64,000 nucleotides of DNA from an uncultured Gemmatimonadales bacterium (lineage in GTDB: Bacteria; Gemmatimonadota; Gemmatimonadetes; Gemmatimonadales; GWC2-71-9), in contig CAVQWA010000053.1 in assembly GCA_963717315.1 (NCBI GenBank), positions 18,217 through 82,216 of the forward strand. Reading direction: 5' to 3'. Numbering within the stretch: the first letter of the stretch is position 1; the number at the start of each line of letters is the position of its first letter. The notes under the pieces were generated by a model. It was not told where the DNA came from. It worked only from the letters and a program-made list of their open reading frames with translations, and searched no databases. A program made the position numbers and the translations under genes. Below, piece by piece: positions 1-7,337 of this stretch.

Positions 1-159
1 TTCCCCCGGCGCCTCGAGGTCGTTGCAGAAGATGCCCTGGAGGCAGGCGAGCGCGCCGCCGCCCTCGACCCGGAAGATGGCGGCCTCCCGGATTCCCGCG
101 ACCGAGCCTCCGAGGCGCGCGAGGTCCGCGGGGCCGAGGGCGACGAGACCCGCCGGCAT
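1..159 (-). CDS. N-terminal part of a folate-binding YgfZ/GcvT-family protein (runs off the window start)
   Basis: Hand translation of the minus strand from ATG at 159 gives MPAGLVALGPADLARLGGSVAGIREAAIFRVEGGGALACLQGIFCNDLEAPG. Third positions are almost all G/C. The V.G.....LQG....D pattern is typical of YgfZ/aminomethyltransferase N-termini. Not in the ORF track because it is truncated. Confidence 0.45.
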   Translation of the reverse strand, partial: MPAGLVALGPADLARLGGSVAGIREAAIFRVEGGGALACLQGIFCNDLEAPGE

Positions 160-181
160 CAGGTGCCCACCCGGGCCGCCC

Positions 182-1375
182 TCACGTCGCCTCCGCCACC
201 ACGAAGGTGCGCCCGGCGTCGAACTCGTCGCGAAGCCGGGAGAGCGGTGGGGCGCCGCCCTCGCGATAGGCGCCGGCGTGGCCAATCGCCTGGCGGAGTT
301 CCCACGGGCCGCGCTCGAGGGTGAGGGGAAGTTCGCGCGTGACTGCGCGGGCCCGCACCGCGCGCAGTCGTTCCGCCGACGCGTTGCCCGCCCAGCGAAG
401 CCCGCCGGCGAGCGTCGCGGCACTCACGAAGCCCTCGTTCAGCTGGTCCGCCACGAGGTCGAGCGTCTCGTCGAGTCCTTCCGGCAGGACGCCGAGCCGG
501 AGCGTGACCGGCTCACCGAGCGGCGCCCGGGCCACCAGGGCCCAGAACGCGCCGCAGCGCTCCGCCGGCAGTTCTTCCCAGTCGAGCTCGGTGGCGCCGC
601 GGAGCAGGAGAGCCTGGTCGTGGACGGTGACCACCTCCCCGACGAGCCGTACCGCGAGGCTCCAGTCGGGACCCGCCGCCCAGGCGGGCGACAGGAGCTC
701 GGCGGCCGCGGCGCCGACCCGGTGGTCGGCCAGTGCCCTCGTCGCCTCGGTGAGCCGGTCTCGTCCCTGCCGGGTCACGAAGGTCCGGTCCGCACGGGGG
801 ACGGGACGGAGCCGGAGCTCGACCCAGGCAACGAGACCGGCCGCGCCGAAGCTGCCGCAGGCCAGCCGGGGGAGCTCCCGCGGGCCCTCGCCTCCGGCCG
901 GCGCGGCGACGAGGCGGCCGTCGCCGCCGATCAGGGCCACGCCGGCCACCAGGTCCCGCACGCCCCCGGCGTCCCGGAGCGGGCCGGCGGTGGCGGTCAC
1001 CACCAGGGATCCCACGGTCCGCTCCGGCCGGCCCGGCGGGTCCAGCGGGAGCCAGAGACCGTGGTCGCCGGCCGCCCGGCGCAGCTCCTCGAGCGACACG
1101 CCCGATTCGACCCGCGCGATGCCCTGCTCGCCGTCCAGCGCGAGGACCCGGTCGAGCCCGCGGGTGGCGAGGGCGAGGTCGGCCGGCGCGTCGGGCGGCA
1201 TCCAGGTCGCCCGGCCCTCCAGCCGGACCCGCCACCCCTCGGCGTGGGCCAACGCCAGCACCTGCGACGCGCGCTCGACGCCGTCCGGCACCGCGCGGGG
1301 GACCCCGGCGGCGTCGGTGCCGACGGCGTGGCTGCCAAGCAGGTCCTGCAGGCGGTGGAAGACGGACGTGGACAC
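182..1375 (-). CDS. FAD-binding oxidoreductase, GlcE-like (glycolate oxidase FAD subunit family)
   Basis: 397-aa track ORF with GTG start. N-terminal PCMH-type FAD-binding domain features and protein-like composition. The opposite-strand 762-aa ORF is low-complexity Arg/Pro/Gly. Confidence 0.75.
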   Translation of the reverse strand: MSTSVFHRLQDLLGSHAVGTDAAGVPRAVPDGVERASQVLALAHAEGWRVRLEGRATWMPPDAPADLALATRGLDRVLALDGEQGIARVESGVSLEELRRAAGDHGLWLPLDPPGRPERTVGSLVVTATAGPLRDAGGVRDLVAGVALIGGDGRLVAAPAGGEGPRELPRLACGSFGAAGLVAWVELRLRPVPRADRTFVTRQGRDRLTEATRALADHRVGAAAAELLSPAWAAGPDWSLAVRLVGEVVTVHDQALLLRGATELDWEELPAERCGAFWALVARAPLGEPVTLRLGVLPEGLDETLDLVADQLNEGFVSAATLAGGLRWAGNASAERLRAVRARAVTRELPLTLERGPWELRQAIGHAGAYREGGAPPLSRLRDEFDAGRTFVVAEAT

Positions 1376-1390
1376 GGGGGAAAGCTATAC

Positions 1391-1507
1391 GAGGTCGAAG
1401 GTCGAAGGGCAAAGGTGGAGGCCCCTGCAGGGGAGACGACAAACCCTCCCCGGCGCTTCACCGGAGAGGGCGGTTCCTGCGACCCCGGACCTTCGACCTT
1501 CGGCCCG
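1391..1507. repeat. Nested hairpin element: outer arms of tandem GGTCGAA heptamers enclosing two inner hairpins, one GGGGAG/CTCCCC-type and one CCCCTGCAGGGG palindrome
   Basis: Outer arms are GGTCGAAGGTCGAAGG (1394-1409) and CCTTCGACCTTCGG (1490-1503), with at least 12 complementary bp. Inside, on the minus strand, CCCTCTCCGG-tgaagcg-CCGGGGAGGG forms a 10-bp stem, followed by the CCCCTGCAGGGG palindrome. It fills the gap between the sigma-factor stop (1508) and the glcE-like start (1375). Confidence 0.6.
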
Positions 1508-2395
1508 CTACGCCGCCCCCCAGAATCCCTTGAGTCCCTGGAGGTCGGGCGATTCGCGCAGCTTCTGGAACGCGCGCTCGCGAATCTGCCGGATCCGCTC
1601 CCGGGTGACGCCGAGCAGCGCGCCGATCCGCTCGAGCGTCAGCGCCTCGGAGCCCTCCTCGAGGCCGTAGTAGAGGTAGAGGATCCTGCGTTCCCGCGGG
1701 GTCAGGTAGCGGGTGAAGATCCGGTCGATGAACTCGCGGGTGAGCCGGGAGTCGGTGTGCTCCTCGATCTCGCTTCCCTCGGCGCCCGGGACCCGCTCGC
1801 CGTAGGTGCTCGACGCCTTGTCGTGGCGCTCGACCGGGGCGTCGAGCGACAACTCGCCGGCCGTCATCCGCCGTGCCGCGCGGACGTTCTCCACCGAGTC
1901 GCCCAGCGCGGTGGCGATCTCCCGGTCGGTCGGATCCCGGCCCAGCTCCTGATTCAGGTAGCTCATGCACCGGGACATCTTGATCAGGTGGGAGTTCTGG
2001 TTGAGCGGGATGCGCACGCTCCGGGTCTGCTCGGCCAGCGCCTTGAGCACCGCCTGTCGCACCCACCAGACCGCGTACGAGATGAACTTGACGCCGTGAT
2101 CGGGATCGAACTTCCGGACCGCCTTGAGGAGCCCCTCGTTCCCGATGGCCACGAGCTCGGAGAGATCGAGCCCGTGGCCCTGATAGCGCTTCACGTAGGA
2201 GATCACGAACCGGAGGTTGGCGGTCACCAGCCGCTCGGCGGCGCGCTCGTCCCCCGCCAGCGCGAGGCGCGCCAGGCGGCGCTCCTCCGCCGGATCGGTG
2301 ATCATCGGTAGCTTCTGGATGTCGCGGAGGTACTGGTCGAAGGATCCACTCGGGAGGGTGCGGAACAGGGTCCGCGCCACCTTGGGCTTCGCCAT
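1508..2395 (-). CDS. RNA polymerase sigma factor, sigma-70 family (RpoD/SigA-like, regions 1.2-4)
   Basis: 295 aa. Motifs seen: FDQYLRDIQKLPMIT (region 1.2), LRFVISYVKRYQG..L.L.ELV.IGNEGLLKAV.KFD (region 2), ISYAVWWVRQAV, and TLERIGALLGVTRERIRQIRERAF.KLR (region 4.2 HTH). Confidence 0.9.
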   Translation of the reverse strand: MAKPKVARTLFRTLPSGSFDQYLRDIQKLPMITDPAEERRLARLALAGDERAAERLVTANLRFVISYVKRYQGHGLDLSELVAIGNEGLLKAVRKFDPDHGVKFISYAVWWVRQAVLKALAEQTRSVRIPLNQNSHLIKMSRCMSYLNQELGRDPTDREIATALGDSVENVRAARRMTAGELSLDAPVERHDKASSTYGERVPGAEGSEIEEHTDSRLTREFIDRIFTRYLTPRERRILYLYYGLEEGSEALTLERIGALLGVTRERIRQIRERAFQKLRESPDLQGLKGFWGAA

Positions 2396-2474
2396 GGCGT
2401 ACCTCGACTCGGGGTGACTCGATCGCGTGCTGTCGGAGCGGGAAGGACCGGCCAGAACGACCGGGGCCGTGGCG

Positions 2475-2504
2475 AATATAGGAAGCGGCTGGCCTGCGGG
2501 TCAA
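2475..2504 (-). promoter_or_regulatory. Sigma-70-type promoter for the sigma-factor gene: TTGACC-N18-TATATT
   Basis: On the minus strand, TTGACC is the reverse complement of 2499-2504 and TATATT is the reverse complement of 2475-2480. With a 17-nt spacer the -10 reads CTATAT. It lies about 80 nt upstream of the start at 2395, in an unusually AT-rich 265-bp intergenic region. Confidence 0.5.
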
Positions 2505-2660
2505 GCAAAAATCATTATCCACATCACAAATCATTGCCAACTTTCGCGTTCCCGACTTTGTCAACTCCCGGCTCGGGGCCGGATGGGGACAGGCTGGGGA
2601 TTGATGCTGTAAACGTCTGAGGCGTATGATCTTGTGTCAGTCCAGCCAATCCGGCACCCG

Positions 2661-3743
2661 TCACACCGATTCCGCGAGGGCGGCGCGCATCGCCTCCGGC
2701 GGGACCGCCGCGGTCCAGTCGCCCTCGTGCCTGGCGGCCCGGCCGAGGTCCGCGACCGGCGCGATCCGGACTGCGCCGCCGCGGTTCTTCTTGTCGAGCG
2801 CCATCGCCTCCGCAATGCGACCGGGACGCCACCCGGGATCGAGCCGGACGGGGAGGCCGAGGACGGTGAGCAGCGCGCGGATGCGGGCGGCGACCCCCGG
2901 TTGGCACCACCCGAGCGCCTCCGCGATCCGGGCCTCGACGAGCAGCCCGAGCCCCACCGCCTCGCCGTGCGGAAGCGCGTACCCGCTCACCTGCTCGAGC
3001 GCGTGCGCCACCGTATGCCCCGCGTTCAGCACGGCACGGCGCCCCGACTCGTGCTCGTCGGCGCTCACCACCTCGGCCTTGATCTCCACGCTGCGCCGCA
3101 CGAGGTGCGCGAGCGTGGCGGGACGGCGCTCGAGGATCCGCGGCGCCTCGCGTTCCATCCACGCGAAGTACTCCGCGTCGGCGATCACCCCGTGCTTCAC
3201 CGCCTCGGCCAGCCCCATCCGATACTCGCGTTCGGGCAGGTCGGCCAGCACCCGCGGGTCGGCGACCACCGCCTCGGGCGGATGGAAGGCACCGACGAGA
3301 TTCTTCCCCCGCGGCGTGTCCACCCCGACCTTTCCGCCCACCGATGCATCGAGCATCGCGAGGAGCGTCGTCGGCACCTGGACGAAGGGGATTCCCCGCA
3401 GGTAGGTGGCGGCCACGAAGCCGGCCAGGTCGCCCACCACGCCGCCGCCCACCGCGACGATGGCGGAGTCGCGCCCGAAGCCGGCGTCGAGCAGCGCATC
3501 GGTGAGGATGGCCCAGCGTTCGCGGGTCTTGGTGGCCTCGCCGGGTGGCAGGACGAACCGGCGCTCGCCGAGGTCGGGACACCCCCAGGCGGTGAGGCGC
3601 GGGGCGACGTGCTCGTCGGTCACCAGGGCGATGCGGCGGCCCGGCAGCCGCTCCGCCACGACCCCGGCCACGCGGCTGAGCGCGCCGGGCTCGATCAGGA
3701 CCGGATAGGTCCCGCGCGCGTGCCGGACGGTGACCGTGGGCAA
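2661..3743 (-). CDS. aroB: 3-dehydroquinate synthase
   Basis: C-terminal 360 aa of the 604-aa track ORF. Motifs: GGGVVGDLAGFVAATYLRGIPFVQVPTTLLA.LDASVGGK and HG.AV..G. The TTG start at 3743 lies 5 nt after the upstream gene's stop and gives a normal AroB N-terminus (VTVRHARGTYPVLIEPG). Confidence 0.88.
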   Translation of the reverse strand: MPTVTVRHARGTYPVLIEPGALSRVAGVVAERLPGRRIALVTDEHVAPRLTAWGCPDLGERRFVLPPGEATKTRERWAILTDALLDAGFGRDSAIVAVGGGVVGDLAGFVAATYLRGIPFVQVPTTLLAMLDASVGGKVGVDTPRGKNLVGAFHPPEAVVADPRVLADLPEREYRMGLAEAVKHGVIADAEYFAWMEREAPRILERRPATLAHLVRRSVEIKAEVVSADEHESGRRAVLNAGHTVAHALEQVSGYALPHGEAVGLGLLVEARIAEALGWCQPGVAARIRALLTVLGLPVRLDPGWRPGRIAEAMALDKKNRGGAVRIAPVADLGRAARHEGDWTAAVPPEAMRAALAESV

Positions 3744-3748
3744 CCGCG

Positions 3749-4294
3749 CTACCAGGTGACGTCGCCGCAACCGGCCCGGTGATTGGCCAGCCGGGCCAGG
3801 GCGAAGAGGAGGTCGGAGAGGCGGTTCAGGTAGACCAGGAAGAGTCCCGGCACCTCGGCCTCGTGTGCGAGGCGAACCACGCTTCGTTCGGCCCGGCGGC
3901 AGACGGTGCGGGCGAGGTGCAGGGCCGCCGCCTTGGGGCAACCGGCGGGGAGCACGAAGGCCCGGAGCGGCGGGAGCGCCGCGTCGGCCGCGTCGATGGC
4001 CCGCTCGAACTCGGCCACCCGCCCGGCGGAGAGCTCCGCCCTGGCGAGCGCCTTCCGGACCCGCTCCGGGTCCGGCGTGGCCAGGTGGCCGCCGATCGCG
4101 AAGAGGTCGCGCTGCACCGCCTCGAGCAGCGTGTCGGCCAGGTCCGCGGGAGGCGTCGCCCGGACCACGCCGAGGGCGGAGTTGAGCTCGTCCACGTCGC
4201 CGTAGGCCGCGACGCGCGGGTGGTCCTTCGGCACGCGGCCGCCCCCGAAGAGCCCGGTGTCCCCGGCGTCGCCGGTGCGGGTGTAGATCTTCAT
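3749..4294 (-). CDS. ATP:cob(I)alamin adenosyltransferase, PduO type
   Basis: Starts at the internal ATG at 4294: MKIYTRTGDAGDTGLFGG.RV.KD..RV.AYG.VDELNS, the canonical PduO-type N-terminus. The upstream 39 codons of the track ORF are Gly/Pro/Arg junk. Confidence 0.85.
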   Translation of the reverse strand: MKIYTRTGDAGDTGLFGGGRVPKDHPRVAAYGDVDELNSALGVVRATPPADLADTLLEAVQRDLFAIGGHLATPDPERVRKALARAELSAGRVAEFERAIDAADAALPPLRAFVLPAGCPKAAALHLARTVCRRAERSVVRLAHEAEVPGLFLVYLNRLSDLLFALARLANHRAGCGDVTW

Positions 4295-4425
4295 CGCGGG
4301 GAAGATGGCCGGACCGGGCGGGCCGCCGCCAGAGCGGCCGCGGAAGCCCGGGCACGTGGATGTATATTTGCGCCCGGCCGGGGCCGCAGGGCCGGGCCGG
4401 CCCGACTTCACCGACGGAGCTTGGC

Positions 4426-5448
4426 GTGGGCGAGGCGGAACTCAAGGACGTCACCATCATCGGCGCGGGGCCCACCGGCCTCTTCGGCGCCTTCTATGCC
4501 GGCATGCGCGGCGCCTCCTGCCGGGTCATCGACTCGCTGCCCTCGCTCGGCGGGCAGTTGATGGCGCTCTATCCCGAGAAGCACATCTACGACGTGGCGG
4601 GGTACCCCCGGGTGCTCGCCAAGGACCTGGTGGACGCGATGGGCCTCCAGGCCCTCCAGTTCGGCGCCGACGTCCGGCTGCACGAGACGGTCACCGGGCT
4701 CCGCCGCGTGGACGGGGCGGACGGCTTCCATTTCGAGATCGGCACCGACCGGGGCAGCTACCCCACCCGCACGCTGCTCATCGCGGCGGGCATCGGCGCC
4801 TTCGAGCCGCGCAAGCTCGAGGTGGAGGGCCTGGAGGCGTTCGAGGGCCGGGGCGTGGACTACACCGTCACCGACCCGCGGGCATTCGAGGGGAAGCGGG
4901 TCCTGATCGTCGGCGGGGGCGACTCCGCCTTCGACTGGACGGTGCACCTGCAGGGGGTGGCGCGATCGGTGATGCTCATCCACCGGCGCGACGGCTTCCG
5001 CGCCCACGCCGCCACGATCCGCCAGGTGGAGGCGCTCCGGGACGCGGACCGGTGCGATTTCCGCACCTTCTGGGAGATCCGCCGCGTGGAGGGGGGCGAC
5101 CGCCTCGAGCGGGTGACCATCTTCGACAATCGCAACGGCGAGGAGGAGACCTTCGCGGTGGACGCGATCATCCCGCTCCTCGGCTTCCATTCCGATCTCG
5201 GCGCCATCCGCGAGTGGGGGCTCGACACCGAGAAGGCGGACATCCGGGTGGACCAGACGATGGCCACGAACGTCCCGGGCATCTGGGCCGCGGGCGACAT
5301 CACCACCTATCCCGGGAAACTCAAGCTCATCGCCACCGGGGTGGCGGAGGCCTGCATCGCGGTGAACAACGCGGTCCACTTCATCAATCCCAAGCTCAAG
5401 GTGAACCCGGGCCACTCGACCAACCTCAAGGTCTTCCAGCACCCGTAG
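4426..5448 (+). CDS. Ferredoxin-NADP+ reductase, thioredoxin-reductase-like (YumC type)
   Basis: Motifs: VTIIGAGPTGLF.AFY.GMR, SLP.LGGQL..LYPEK.IYDV.G.P, GGGDSA.DW, GD. I prefer GTG at 4426, which has GGAG 6 nt upstream and follows a TATATT box at 4363-4368. The track ATG at 4360 is the alternative start. Confidence 0.85.
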   Translation: MGEAELKDVTIIGAGPTGLFGAFYAGMRGASCRVIDSLPSLGGQLMALYPEKHIYDVAGYPRVLAKDLVDAMGLQALQFGADVRLHETVTGLRRVDGADGFHFEIGTDRGSYPTRTLLIAAGIGAFEPRKLEVEGLEAFEGRGVDYTVTDPRAFEGKRVLIVGGGDSAFDWTVHLQGVARSVMLIHRRDGFRAHAATIRQVEALRDADRCDFRTFWEIRRVEGGDRLERVTIFDNRNGEEETFAVDAIIPLLGFHSDLGAIREWGLDTEKADIRVDQTMATNVPGIWAAGDITTYPGKLKLIATGVAEACIAVNNAVHFINPKLKVNPGHSTNLKVFQHP

Positions 5449-5603
5449 GACCGGTGCCGGCCGGGGCTCCCGGGCGCGGGGGGAGGGCGAAGGCGAGGAC
5501 CCGGCTGGCCGTGAAGAGCAGTCCGACGAGATGGGCCTTCCAGGTGACGCCGGAGGGCAGGCTGGCCGCCGTCAGCGCCGCGGCCACCTCGAAGAGGCTG
5601 TGC
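5426..5603 (-). pseudogene. Possible relic of the C-terminal part of a DUF2029/GT87-like membrane glycosyltransferase
   Basis: The minus-strand frame encodes HSLFEVAAALTAASLPSGVTWKAHLVGLLFTASRVLAFAL with coding-like third positions. TWKAHLVGLLF is near-identical to TWKAHLVSLLF in the intact DUF2029 gene at 44396-45655. No usable start codon lies between it and the dacB stop at 5716. Confidence 0.3.
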
Positions 5604-5715
5604 GGCCGCCCGCGGCCCGGCCGGCGGCCAGGCGTGGTCCGCGCCGGGGCCGACCGCCCCGGGCGCCCATCCCTCGGCGATCCGCCACGCGGCGACCCCG
5701 GCCGCGGCGCCCACG

Positions 5716-7227
5716 CTACCTCGCCAGCTCCACCACCACCGAGTCGATCTGCTGGATCATGGCGCGGCCGCCCAGGACGTGGTGGTTCGCCTGCACCGAG
5801 AACACCCGCCACGAGCCGTCGGCGCGCTCCACGTAGCCCGACAGCGTGTTCACCCGGGAGATGCTCCCGGTCTTGGCGCGGACCCGGCCCTCGAGCGGCG
5901 TGCCGGTGAACCGGAACCGGAGCGAGCCCCGCTGCCCGGACCGGGGCAGCCCCGCCGCGAAGGTGTCCCAGTGCGGGTGCCGGCGGATGTAGCCGAGCAG
6001 CCGGGTGAATGCGAGCGGCGAGACCAGATTGATGGACGAGAGCCCCGAACCGTCGCTGAGCGCGAACTGGGTCGAGTCCACCCCGACCGAGTCGATCAGG
6101 AAGCGCCGCTCCACGTCGAGCCCCGCCTCCCACGAGCCCACCCCGCGGAACTGGCGGCCGAGCTGCTTGAGCAGCACCTCGGCGAAGAGGTTCTGGCTGG
6201 TATTGAGGATCGGGAAGATCCAGTCGCGGAGCGGGCGCGAGCGGACCTCGGCGAGCGGCGCCCCGAGGCGCGCCGGCGCGTAGCGGGTCGAGTCGGTGGT
6301 GGACCAGGCGGCCCCGAGGACGCGGATGCCGGCGTCCGCCAGGGCCGCGCGGAACGCACGGGCGGCGAAGAGGTTCGGATCGGCCACGGCGACGTACTGG
6401 GTCTCCTCGCGGGCGCCGGCCGGCACGCGGCCCACCGCGAGGTACTCCCGCTCCCAGGGGCCGCGGAGGATGTCGAAGGTCGGGCGGCTCCCGGCCTCGC
6501 CGGTCGTCGCCCGGTTCTCCAGGACGACGCCGCCGAGGTCGGGCGTGAGCGAGACCGAGGGCGGGGTGCCCGGCGCGGGACCGGGCGCGACGCGCACGTT
6601 CAGGCTATTATCATTGAAAGTCAAACCGGACACCGGGGCGGCGTACCACCAGGCGAGGTCGTAGGCCTCCCAGGTCGGGTGCACCGTGACCGGCTCGAAC
6701 CAGCTGCCGTCGCCGACCACCTCGCCGGCGACCTCCCGGATCCCGGCGCCCGCCAGCTGGGCGGCGAGCGCGCGGAGCCGCACCGCGGGGTCGGCCTCGC
6801 AGGCGCCGGCCTCCAGGGTGTCCACCGCGTAGCAGCGCCGGGAGAACGCCGGGTCGCCCTGCCCGTACAGGACCAGATCGCCCCGCACCACCCCGTCCTC
6901 CACCGGGCCGGCCGCGTACACCGCGGTGGTGACGCTGAAGTCCGGCGGCAGGAGTGCGGCGGCAGTGGCCGTCACCACCAGCTTCGTGTTGCTGGCGGGC
7001 ACGAAGAGTCGCTCCGCATTGCGCCCGAAGAGCAGGCGCCCCTCCTCGTCCGCCACCGCCACGCCCCAGAGGTGGCGGTCGAACGGCGCCCGATCGAGCC
7101 GCGCCTCGAGGGGACTGGCAAGGGCTTGTGCGGCCGCCCGCGCCGGCGTTGCCAGGGGGACCACGGCGGCGAGCAGTCCCGCGGCGGCGGACAAGGCCCT
7201 GCGGGACAAGGCGTTGAGATTCGGCAT
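5716..7227 (-). CDS. dacB: D-alanyl-D-alanine carboxypeptidase/endopeptidase, PBP4 (peptidase S13)
   Basis: 503 aa with a signal peptide, the active-site PASNTKL (SxxK) motif, and a C-terminal KTGS.....LSGY motif. Confidence 0.88.
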   Translation of the reverse strand: MPNLNALSRRALSAAAGLLAAVVPLATPARAAAQALASPLEARLDRAPFDRHLWGVAVADEEGRLLFGRNAERLFVPASNTKLVVTATAAALLPPDFSVTTAVYAAGPVEDGVVRGDLVLYGQGDPAFSRRCYAVDTLEAGACEADPAVRLRALAAQLAGAGIREVAGEVVGDGSWFEPVTVHPTWEAYDLAWWYAAPVSGLTFNDNSLNVRVAPGPAPGTPPSVSLTPDLGGVVLENRATTGEAGSRPTFDILRGPWEREYLAVGRVPAGAREETQYVAVADPNLFAARAFRAALADAGIRVLGAAWSTTDSTRYAPARLGAPLAEVRSRPLRDWIFPILNTSQNLFAEVLLKQLGRQFRGVGSWEAGLDVERRFLIDSVGVDSTQFALSDGSGLSSINLVSPLAFTRLLGYIRRHPHWDTFAAGLPRSGQRGSLRFRFTGTPLEGRVRAKTGSISRVNTLSGYVERADGSWRVFSVQANHHVLGGRAMIQQIDSVVVELAR

Positions 7228-7294
7228 CAGGCGGGATCCGGGAGGCCGGCCGCGGGTTCCGGCCGCTGCCCCGTCGAAGGGGGTGACACAAACA

Positions 7295-7323
7295 TTGACA
7301 GTTGCCCGTAAATTCGTGAAACT
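7295..7323 (+). promoter_or_regulatory. Weak candidate promoter for the Omp85/TamB operon (TTGACA-N17-GAAACT)
   Basis: Perfect -35 TTGACA at 7295-7300 in an AT-richer patch 38 nt before the ATG at 7338. The -10 is poor. Confidence 0.25.
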
Positions 7324-7337
7324 ACCCTACTTAGCCG

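Noticed and set aside
23-2311. 762-aa plus-strand ORF, and similar very long ORFs such as 7344-9464 (-), 39751-43383 (-), 54530-57997 (+) and 55797-58322 (-)
   Set aside because: They are antisense to genes with clear family motifs. Their translations are Arg/Pro/Gly/Ala low-complexity strings with no motifs. Stop-free antisense frames are expected at this GC content.
4360-4425. ATG at 4360 as the FNR start (the track annotation)
   Set aside because: It would place a TATATT box (4363-4368) inside the first codons and add 22 Pro/Gly/Arg-rich residues absent from YumC-type FNRs. GTG at 4426 has a GGAG RBS. This is not excluded, only less likely.
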